Origin: Alphaproteobacteria bacterium
Lineage (GTDB): Bacteria > Pseudomonadota > Alphaproteobacteria > UBA6615
NCBI GenBank assembly: GCA_965261975.1
Contig: CBDHEC010000005.1
Location: 1 to 22,190 of the forward strand
DNA: 22,190 nt
Direction: 5' to 3'
Under the pieces are notes generated by a model. It made no database searches. It had not been told where the DNA came from and saw only the letters and a list, made by a program, of their open reading frames with translations. The stretch's first letter is position 1; every line of letters starts with the position of its first letter. A program made the position numbers and the translations under genes. Shown here piece by piece: positions 9,722-16,941 of the stretch.

Positions 9722-9748
9722 CATTCGGTGTAGAGGTGGGGAACGTCC

Positions 9749-10897
9749 ATGGCCGACAAAGATTTCTACCAGACATTGGGTGTTGACCGCGGCGCGGACG
9801 CCGCGACGCTCAAGAGTGCCTATCGCAAGCTCGCCAAGGAGCTGCACCCTGACCGCAATCCCGACGATGCCGAGGCCGAACGCCGGTTCAAGGAAGTCAA
9901 TCAGGCCTATGACATCCTGAAGGATGACGACAAGCGGGCGGCCTACGACCGCTACGGGCATGAGGCATTCGAGGCCGGCGCGGGTGGTCCCGGCGGCGGT
10001 CAGGGCGGCGGCGGGTTCGATTTCTCCGGCGGCGGCTTTGCGGATATTTTCGACGAGATGTTCGGCATGGGCGGCCGTGGCGGCGGGCGGCGCCAGGCCA
10101 GCACGCGCGGCTCCGACCTGCGATACAATCTGGACGTCAATCTTGAAGACGCCTTTGCCGGCAAGCAAACCCGGGTCCGGGTCAATGCCTCCGCGGCATG
10201 CGATTCCTGCCATGGTTCGGGCGCGTCGGGCGGTGCCGACCCGGTGTCCTGCCCGTCCTGCCAGGGCGCGGGCAAGGTTCGTGCACAACAGGGTTTCTTC
10301 ACGGTCGAACGCACCTGCCCGACCTGTCATGGCGCGGGCCGGGTGGTCGACAACCCGTGCGGTTCCTGTGGTGGCGCGGGGCGCATGGACAAGGAAAAGA
10401 CCCTGTCGGTGAACGTGCCGGCCGGGATCGAGGACGGAACGCGCATCCGCGTCGCGGGTGAGGGCGAGGCGGGTCTGCGCGGCGGGCCGCCGGGCGATTT
10501 GTATATTTTCGTGACGATCCGTCCGCATCGGTTCTTCCGGCGCGACGGGGCCGACATCCAGTGCAGGGTGCCGATCCCGATGACGACCGCTTCGCTGGGC
10601 GGGTCCATCGAGGTGCCGACGATCGACGGGGCGCGCGCGCGGGTGAACATCCCCGCCGGCACCCAGACCGGCCAGCAGTTCCGGCTTCGCTCGAAGGGCA
10701 TGTCGGTCCTGCGCACGAATGCGCGCGGCGATATGTATGTGCAGGCCCAGATCGAGACGCCTGTCGACCTGACCAAGGAGCAGCGCGACCTGCTCAAGCA
10801 GTTCGAGGATGCGGGCGGCGGGTCCACGAAACACAGCCCCGAGTCCGAAGGCTTCTTCACCAAGGTGAAGGAATTCTGGGGCGACCTGAAGGACTAG
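9749..10897 (+). CDS. dnaJ: Chaperone DnaJ
   Basis: J domain with HPD, G/F-rich linker, four CxxCxGxG zinc-finger repeats and the C-terminal substrate-binding domain. Confidence 0.99.
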   Translation: MADKDFYQTLGVDRGADAATLKSAYRKLAKELHPDRNPDDAEAERRFKEVNQAYDILKDDDKRAAYDRYGHEAFEAGAGGPGGGQGGGGFDFSGGGFADIFDEMFGMGGRGGGRRQASTRGSDLRYNLDVNLEDAFAGKQTRVRVNASAACDSCHGSGASGGADPVSCPSCQGAGKVRAQQGFFTVERTCPTCHGAGRVVDNPCGSCGGAGRMDKEKTLSVNVPAGIEDGTRIRVAGEGEAGLRGGPPGDLYIFVTIRPHRFFRRDGADIQCRVPIPMTTASLGGSIEVPTIDGARARVNIPAGTQTGQQFRLRSKGMSVLRTNARGDMYVQAQIETPVDLTKEQRDLLKQFEDAGGGSTKHSPESEGFFTKVKEFWGDLKD

Positions 10898-10917
10898 GGC
10901 GTTCGCATTCGCGTGCG

Positions 10918-10945
10918 TTTACGGCGACGCGCGAAATGCTATGGT
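10918..10945 (+). promoter_or_regulatory. Possible sigma70 promoter for dapB, overlapping an imperfect inverted repeat
   Basis: TTTACG-N16-TATGGT with TG before the -10; overlaps the imperfect IR GCATTCGCG...CGCGAAATGC (about 10905-10939). Confidence 0.35.
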
Positions 10946-10979
10946 CCCCGCCATTCCGGCAATGTGCCGATGAAGGTGG

Positions 10980-11804
10980 ATGAAGATGGTTGATCAACGG
11001 AAAATTGGCATTGTCGGGGCCGGCGGGCGCATGGGCCAGATGCTCGTGCGCGTGGTCGCGGAGACGGATGGTTGCGTTCTTGCGGGCGCCAGCGAAGTGG
11101 CCGGCTCGGCGCATCTGGGCGCCGACCCCGGCGTGCTGGCGGGGGTCGGCGAGAGCGGTGTCGTGATCACCGACGACACGGCGGGACTGTTTGCCGGCGT
11201 CGATGCGGTTATCGATTTTACGGTGCCTGCCGCGACCGCGGCCCATGCGGCCATGGCCGCCGATGCGGGCTGTGCGCTGATTGCGGGCACGACCGGCATG
11301 GAGGCAGAGCATCGCGCCGCGCTCGATGCGGCGGCGGCGAGGGTGCCGGTTGTCTGGGCGTCGAACATGTCGAGCGGCGTGAACCTGTTGTTCGCGATCA
11401 CCGAGCAGGTCGCGCGCGCGCTCGACCCGGACTTCGACATCGAGATCGTCGAGATGCATCACAAGCACAAGGTCGATGCGCCGTCGGGGACGGCGCTAAG
11501 CCTTGGCGAGGCGGCCGCGCGCGGGCGCGGTGTCGATTTCGATACGGAGAAAGTGCTCTCGCGCGAGGGCATCACCGGGGAACGCCAGCGCGGGAATATC
11601 GGGTTCGCGACCTTGCGTGGCGGCGATGTCGTGGGCGAGCATTCCGTCGTGTTTGCTGCCGCGGGCGAGCGGATCGAGCTGACCCATCGGGCAACAGACC
11701 GGGGCATCTTCGCGCGCGGCGCGGTGCGCGCGGCGAACTGGACCGGCGGACAGCCGCCGGGTCTTTACTCGATGACCGATGTGCTCGGCCTGGGTGGCAG
11801 CTAG
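10980..11804 (+). CDS. dapB: 4-hydroxy-tetrahydrodipicolinate reductase
   Basis: IGIVGAGGRMG, IDFT, GTTG, EMHHKHKVDAPSGTAL, RGGDVVGEH and FARGA motifs. Confidence 0.97.
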   Translation: MKMVDQRKIGIVGAGGRMGQMLVRVVAETDGCVLAGASEVAGSAHLGADPGVLAGVGESGVVITDDTAGLFAGVDAVIDFTVPAATAAHAAMAADAGCALIAGTTGMEAEHRAALDAAAARVPVVWASNMSSGVNLLFAITEQVARALDPDFDIEIVEMHHKHKVDAPSGTALSLGEAAARGRGVDFDTEKVLSREGITGERQRGNIGFATLRGGDVVGEHSVVFAAAGERIELTHRATDRGIFARGAVRAANWTGGQPPGLYSMTDVLGLGGS

Positions 11805-12286
11805 GCGCCGCCGGTTCGTAGTTTACGCAGCGCTTCGCGCAACGCGTGTGCCAGGTCGCCGCGTTCCTCGGGCGTCAGGAACCCACCGATCTTCAGGGAA
11901 CGGCCGTGGCTGGCCAGCCGCAACTCATTGTCGCCGCCGGGCTGTGATGTCAGTTCGACGGCCAACCAGTGAGGCGGCGCGAACTTGTGCTCGTGGGATT
12001 GGCCCGACGGGCGCACGCGCGCGACGGTCATCGCATCGGGTGTGAGGCGCAAACGCTCGAACCGGCGCCCGTCACGGGCGTTAGCCCTGAAGGCCCACCA
12101 GAACAGCAGGATCTCGCAGCCGAAGAAGGGCAGGACAGGCCAGGCGCCCTGGGCGGCGAAGAACAGGCCGACCAGGCTCAGCATACCGGCCAGGCCGAAC
12201 AGCAGGTACCGGACCCCTTTCGGGCTCAGGCTGCGGTGCGGGTAGAGCACGGCGTCGAAGATGGGCTCGGTCTGTGTGTGTGCCAT
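11801..12286 (-). CDS. DUF2244 integral membrane protein
   Basis: FDAVLYPHRSLS, two hydrophobic segments, GAWPVLPFFG and IGGFLTPEER; divergent from nth as commonly seen in alphaproteobacteria. Confidence 0.85.
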   Translation of the reverse strand: MAHTQTEPIFDAVLYPHRSLSPKGVRYLLFGLAGMLSLVGLFFAAQGAWPVLPFFGCEILLFWWAFRANARDGRRFERLRLTPDAMTVARVRPSGQSHEHKFAPPHWLAVELTSQPGGDNELRLASHGRSLKIGGFLTPEERGDLAHALREALRKLRTGGA

Positions 12287-12405
12287 GGGTGAAGTCTAGG
12301 CCCGCCGCGGGCCTGCGAACAGATGCGCTTTGTCGCACGCGCCGCTTTGTGATCGGCTTGCGATCAACGGCTGCCTCGCGGTTCGAAACAGGCTATTTTC
12401 CCACC

Positions 12406-13050
12406 ATGGCCCGCATGACCAAAGACGAGATCGAGACCTTCTTCGCCCGCCTGTCGGCGGCGAACCCCCATCCGACCACGGAGCTGGAATACACGAATGT
12501 GTACACCCTGCTGGTGGCGGTCGTGATGTCGGCCCAGGCGACGGATGTGGGCGTGAATAAGGCGACGGCCGAGTTGTTCAAGACTGTCGATACCCCGGCC
12601 AAGATGGTGGCGCTGGGGGAGGATGCGTTGATCGACCACATCCGCACGATCGGGTTGTTTCGCAACAAGGCCAAGAACGTGATCGCGCTCAGCGCGCAGT
12701 TGCTGGCCGAACATGACGGCGAGGTCCCGGCGGACCGCGCGGCGCTGGAGGCGTTGCCCGGGGTCGGCCGGAAGACCGCCAATGTTGTCCTCAACACGGC
12801 GTTCGGCGAACCGACAATGGCCGTCGACACCCATATCTTCAGGCTTTCGAACCGCACCGGCCTGGCGCCCGGCAAGGATGTTCGCAAGGTCGAGGATGCA
12901 TTGATGAAGCGGGTCCCGGCCGAATATTTGCGCCACGCCCATCACTGGTTGATCCTGCACGGGCGCTATGTGTGCAAGGCCCGAAAGCCCGACTGCGTGT
13001 CATGCGCGGTCGAGGATCTGTGCCGCTACAAGGCGAAGGTCACCGCTTAG
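12406..13050 (+). CDS. nth: Endonuclease III
   Basis: Start reassigned to ATG 12406. LLVAVVMSAQATD, HhH motif LPGVGRKTANVVL, VDTH, and the 4Fe-4S motif C-x6-C-x2-C-x5-C. Confidence 0.97.
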   Translation: MARMTKDEIETFFARLSAANPHPTTELEYTNVYTLLVAVVMSAQATDVGVNKATAELFKTVDTPAKMVALGEDALIDHIRTIGLFRNKAKNVIALSAQLLAEHDGEVPADRAALEALPGVGRKTANVVLNTAFGEPTMAVDTHIFRLSNRTGLAPGKDVRKVEDALMKRVPAEYLRHAHHWLILHGRYVCKARKPDCVSCAVEDLCRYKAKVTA

Positions 13051-13065
13051 CCGGGGTGACCGACC

Positions 13066-13506
13066 TCAGCCTTTCATGAATTGCGCCAGACAGGCATCGG
13101 CCTCGGCGCCGGCGATCTGGCCCTCGGTCGTGCGTGCTTCGATATGGGTGGCCTGTCGAACGCCCTCGCGCGCGTAGGCGAACACATGCAAGACACAGGC
13201 GGTGTTCCGGTAAATCCGGAGCTCACCATCGCCTTCGCCGCGGACCAGGTCCGGGGTGCCGATGAGTGCGTCAATTCTCGAGGTTTCCAGGCCGACAAGG
13301 CCGGAAATCTGCGGTAATGGCGCTGCCGGCGTGCGTCTTGGCGGTCCGGCGCGCCGCGCCGGGCCCGCGCGGGCGATCGCTGGTGGCGTGCGTGCCGATG
13401 AAGTTGTGGCGGTGGTCTGTCGGTCGGCGGGCGCGCGGTTGAATGCGTCGGCGCATGCGCTGAGTGCCAGCAGGGCTGCCAGCATGAAAGCACTGCGAAA
13501 AATCAT
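13066..13506 (-). CDS. Putative lipoprotein, conserved hypothetical
   Basis: Signal peptide with lipobox LSAC, an Ala/Pro/Arg-rich linker, and a small C-terminal domain (LIGTPDLVRGEG...YRNTACVLHVF) with two further Cys. Confidence 0.7.
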   Translation of the reverse strand: MIFRSAFMLAALLALSACADAFNRAPADRQTTATTSSARTPPAIARAGPARRAGPPRRTPAAPLPQISGLVGLETSRIDALIGTPDLVRGEGDGELRIYRNTACVLHVFAYAREGVRQATHIEARTTEGQIAGAEADACLAQFMKG

Positions 13507-13510
13507 GGGC

Positions 13511-13645
13511 TCAGGCTGAGAAGAAAAAGATCGTCACCACGAAGGTGATACCGGCTGCCGACAGCAGTGCCACGCGGGACGGGCCGTCTGCCGTTTGCCC
13601 GCCGCCAATGTTGGCCAGCCTATTGATGAATCGAAAATTCGCCAT
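13511..13645 (-). CDS. Putative 44-aa single-pass membrane protein (not in the ORF track)
   Basis: Manual translation: [51 protein letters not shown] 6 nt before the ATG. Overlaps the bactofilin 3' end by 26 nt and stops 4 nt before the lipoprotein ATG. Confidence 0.6.
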   Translation of the reverse strand: MANFRFINRLANIGGGQTADGPSRVALLSAAGITFVVTIFFFSA

Positions 13646-14117
13646 GGACTTCTCCGCCGGTCTCGATCTCGAGGCGCCCGTAGGTCACCCGGCCTGTGAC
13701 TTTTCCCGATGCGGTGATGCGCAACGCCCGCGTCACGTCGAGATCGCCATCGAACCGACCGCTGATAACGGCATTTTCGACCTTCGCACTGCCATCGAAA
13801 CGGCCGCCGCGCGATATTTCAAGGGCTCGGGCGCTGTTCAGGTTGGCCTCGATCCGCCCCTCAACGATCAGGGAATCACATTCGGTGATGTCGCCCTTGA
13901 GCGAGATCTCGCGACCGACCGTCAGGGTTTTGTTCTCCGATGGCCGGCGCGGCTCGCTGTCTTCGCTGCGCTCCATATGGTCCCCGAGATTGGGAATGTC
14001 TGTTGCCCGCGCCGGCTGGCGATCGAGGAAACTCAGATCGAGTTCCGGTCGTTCGTCAGTGTTACCGCCGGCATTGTCGCCCGCACTATTGTCGGTGTCT
14101 TCGGCTTCTGCGCTCAT
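13620..14117 (-). CDS. Bactofilin (polymer-forming cytoskeletal protein)
   Basis: Beta-helix pattern TLTVGREISLKGDI...LIVEGRIEANL...ISGRFDGDLDV...LRITASGKVTGRVTYGRLEIETGGEVHG, preceded by an acidic, probably disordered N-terminus. Confidence 0.9.
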   Translation of the reverse strand: MSAEAEDTDNSAGDNAGGNTDERPELDLSFLDRQPARATDIPNLGDHMERSEDSEPRRPSENKTLTVGREISLKGDITECDSLIVEGRIEANLNSARALEISRGGRFDGSAKVENAVISGRFDGDLDVTRALRITASGKVTGRVTYGRLEIETGGEVHGEFSIHQ

Positions 14118-14227
14118 GGTTGCGCCCCCCGTTTTGACCCCAGAATCGGCAAACGGGCACGGACATAAGGGCCCATACCCGAGAATTTATCGACTCTCAG
14201 ATGCTTGGATAGCGCGTTTAGAGTAAA

Positions 14228-14236
14228 TTATCCACA
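14228..14236 (+). promoter_or_regulatory. Perfect DnaA box (TTATCCACA) in an AT-rich stretch upstream of bactofilin
   Basis: Exact 9-mer match, followed by a very AT-rich segment (14237-14270). Binding is not shown. Confidence 0.5.
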
Positions 14237-14254
14237 GAATATTATAAGCTATTG

Positions 14255-14950
14255 TTATATTGTAATATTCACGGAATCTGGTTCTCTTGTCGCCTCGAAA
14301 ACGTGCAACATCATGGCGGTTCCGAACAAGGGCAGGATCAAATTCACGACCGGGATCGAGGCGACCACCGCCAGCATCAGGCCCGACATGAAGATCGGGC
14401 TGCGTTTCCGGAGCCGATATTCGCGCAAGTGCGGCGGGTCCATGCGGCGAAATCCGACCATTTCCAGATACTCACGACCCAGCAAATGGCCGTTCACTGC
14501 CCAGCCGGCGACGACGTAGATCGGGGGGAAGAAAATGAACACCAGCAAGAGCAGGTTAAACAGAATCAGCAAGATGCCGAATTTCACGCCGACGATGATG
14601 GCTTCCAGGATCGACTGATTGCGGGGCGGCTGTAGATGCGTGTAGTGGCGGCTTTCGATCGCGCGACAGATCGCCTCGATGTAGAAACTGGCATACAGGC
14701 CGAGAAAGGCCGGCAGCAGTAGCACCACCAGCGCGAACACGGCGATAGAACCGAGCCAGTCGACCGCGGTCTCGATCCAGCCGCCGACGAAGGGCACATC
14801 CCCGATCAACTCGGTGCTCGACAGCAGCCAGGACAGACCGCTCCAAAGCAGCATCGCGGTGATCAGGCTGAGGCCGATCGTCTGCCAGAGAATCGACCGC
14901 ATGCGCGGGTCGCCGAGGTCACCGAGGGCCTTGAAGAATGCTGAAATCAT
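14255..14950 (-). CDS. EI24/CysZ-like membrane protein
   Basis: Start reassigned to ATG 14950 after an AAGGA RBS. Several TM segments; ICRAIESRHY, NGHLLGREYLEMV and IPVVNLILP motifs fit the EI24 domain family. Confidence 0.78.
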   Translation of the reverse strand: MISAFFKALGDLGDPRMRSILWQTIGLSLITAMLLWSGLSWLLSSTELIGDVPFVGGWIETAVDWLGSIAVFALVVLLLPAFLGLYASFYIEAICRAIESRHYTHLQPPRNQSILEAIIVGVKFGILLILFNLLLLVFIFFPPIYVVAGWAVNGHLLGREYLEMVGFRRMDPPHLREYRLRKRSPIFMSGLMLAVVASIPVVNLILPLFGTAMMLHVFEATREPDSVNITI

Positions 14951-15020
14951 GGTCCTTTTTCTTACCGCCTCGTGCCCGTGAACGCCATTCCAAATGCTCG
15001 AAGCCCCGCAGCCCCGTGGA

Positions 15021-15048
15021 TTGCCAGAGCATCTGGCGTCGTTATACT
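15021..15048 (+). promoter_or_regulatory. Putative sigma70 promoter for the PfkB kinase (and possibly the ZIP gene)
   Basis: TTGCCA-N16-TATACT, 51 nt upstream of ATG 15100. Confidence 0.6.
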
Positions 15049-15099
15049 CGCGCGCCTGATCCCAGGTATTTCTGTTTCCCAATTTGTCCCGGAGTTCCC

Positions 15100-16110
15100 A
15101 TGACCGATTCCAATGCTGCCGACCGTGCGCTCGACGTTGTCTGCGTCGGCAACGCGATTGTCGATGTGCTGGCCCAGACCGACGATGCGGTGATCGAGCA
15201 GCACGGCATGGTAAAGGGCACCATGGCCCTGATCGATGCCGACCAGGCCGAGGCGCTTTATGCGGCGATGCCGCAGGGGATCGAGACCTCGGGTGGATCC
15301 GCGGGCAACACCGCTGCCGGGCTTGCATCGCTCGGCGCGCAATGTGCGTTCATCGGCAAGGTCCGTGATGACCAGCTCGGCGATATTTTTGCCCACGACA
15401 TCCGCGCGATCGGTGCTGAGTTTGCGACACCGGCGGCGACCGACGGCCCGCCGACGGCGCGCTGCCTGATCCTGATCACGCCGGATGCTCAGCGCACGAT
15501 GAACACCTTCCTTGGCGCCAGCGTCAACCTGGACCCCGATGATATCGATGCCGACATGATTGCGCGCGCGCAGGTGACCTATCTCGAAGGTTATCTCTGG
15601 GACCGGGACGAGGCGAAGGCGGCGTTCCTCAAGGCTGCGGCGCTCGCCGCCGTGAACAAACGGCTTGTGTCACTCAGCCTGTCGGACCCCTTCTGTGTCG
15701 ACCGGCATCGGGATTCGTTTCGAGGTTTCATTCAAGATCATGTCGATGTTCTTTTTGCCAATGAAGACGAGATCAAGTCTCTCTATGAGGTCACGGATTT
15801 TGACGCGGCGCTTCAGTTCGTCCGTGACGATTGTCGCATTGCCGCGCTCACGCGATCGGAAAAGGGCGTCGTGGTCGTGTCGGGCGCCGAGGTTCATGTT
15901 GTCGATGCCGCGCCGGTGGCGCAGGTGGTCGATACGACGGGTGCCGGCGATCAGTTTGCGGCGGGCTTTCTGTTTGGCCTGACCCAGGGGCGCGACCTGG
16001 CGACCTGCGCGCGGATCGGCGCCATCACCGCGGCGGAAGTGATCGACCATGTCGGCCCGCGACCGCAGGTCGACCTGGCCGAGCTCGTGGCCACGCGTCT
16101 CGCCGGGTAG
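15100..16110 (+). CDS. PfkB family carbohydrate kinase, probably adenosine kinase
   Basis: Start reassigned to 15100. VGNAIVD, SGGSAGNT, RTMNTFLGA, YLEGYLWD, LFANEDE and the PfkB signature VDTTGAGDQFAAGF. Confidence 0.88.
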   Translation: MTDSNAADRALDVVCVGNAIVDVLAQTDDAVIEQHGMVKGTMALIDADQAEALYAAMPQGIETSGGSAGNTAAGLASLGAQCAFIGKVRDDQLGDIFAHDIRAIGAEFATPAATDGPPTARCLILITPDAQRTMNTFLGASVNLDPDDIDADMIARAQVTYLEGYLWDRDEAKAAFLKAAALAAVNKRLVSLSLSDPFCVDRHRDSFRGFIQDHVDVLFANEDEIKSLYEVTDFDAALQFVRDDCRIAALTRSEKGVVVVSGAEVHVVDAAPVAQVVDTTGAGDQFAAGFLFGLTQGRDLATCARIGAITAAEVIDHVGPRPQVDLAELVATRLAG

Positions 16111-16148
16111 GGCGACGCCATCGAAATGACGATCAGGGGAATCGATAT

Positions 16149-16937
16149 TTGAGTCTGCTCGTCATCAAGGCGATTGCCATCCTGGTCATTCTGCTCACCG
16201 CACTTCTCGGCGGGATGGCGGCGATTCGAACACGTCGAACGCGCCAGGCCGACAAGTGGTTCGCGCTCGGCTCGCTGTTCGGGGCGGGTGTCTTTCTGGG
16301 CGCCGGGCTGATCCATGTCCTGCCGGACTCGGTTGATCTTTTCGCGCGCCTGTATCCCAAGCTCGACTACCCGGTTCCTTTCGGTATTGCCGCGCTGGGG
16401 CTTATCGCGGTGCTCGCCGTGGACCGGGCGGGCCATCTTCTTCAGGCGCGCACGCAGGACCGGGCACCCGATACCGGCGGGACCTCGGCGATGATCCTGC
16501 TTGTCGTATTGTCATTCCATTCCATTTTGGCGGGCGCGGCACTGGGCGCGGAGGATTCGGCCGCAAACTCGATCGTGTTGTTGCTGGCGGTCGTCGCCCA
16601 TAAGGGCAGCGCTGCCTTCGCGCTGACGTCGGGCTTGTTGCGCACGCCGGCCGGCGACGCGGCCGGCGCGAGATCGGTCTGGGGACTGCTGATCGTGTTC
16701 GCCCTGATGACACCGCTCGGTATCCTGCTCGGCACCGGCCTGCAGGAGATCCTCGACGGAGACGCCGCGCGGGTCAGCGAGGCAGTTTTCGATGCGTTTG
16801 CCGCCGCGACCTTCGTCTATGTGGCGACGCTTGAAATCATCGGGCCGGAGTTTCGCTCAAACGACCGGAACGGGACGAAGCTCGGCGCACAGGCCGCGGG
16901 TCTCGCGATCATGGCGCTCGTCGCACTCTGGCTCTAG
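16149..16937 (+). CDS. ZIP family divalent metal (Zn/Fe/Mn) transporter
   Basis: Probable TTG start at 16149 after an AGGGG RBS. About 8 TM helices; FGAGVFLGAGLIHVLPDS, LSFHSILAG, AHKGSAAF, MTPLG and TFVYVATLEII. Confidence 0.82.
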   Translation: MSLLVIKAIAILVILLTALLGGMAAIRTRRTRQADKWFALGSLFGAGVFLGAGLIHVLPDSVDLFARLYPKLDYPVPFGIAALGLIAVLAVDRAGHLLQARTQDRAPDTGGTSAMILLVVLSFHSILAGAALGAEDSAANSIVLLLAVVAHKGSAAFALTSGLLRTPAGDAAGARSVWGLLIVFALMTPLGILLGTGLQEILDGDAARVSEAVFDAFAAATFVYVATLEIIGPEFRSNDRNGTKLGAQAAGLAIMALVALWL

Positions 16938-16941
16938 GGGC

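Noticed and set aside
14180-14275. Possible oriC or dif site
   Set aside because: Only one DnaA box in a short interval, no usual origin-flanking genes, and no convincing XerC/XerD arm pair.
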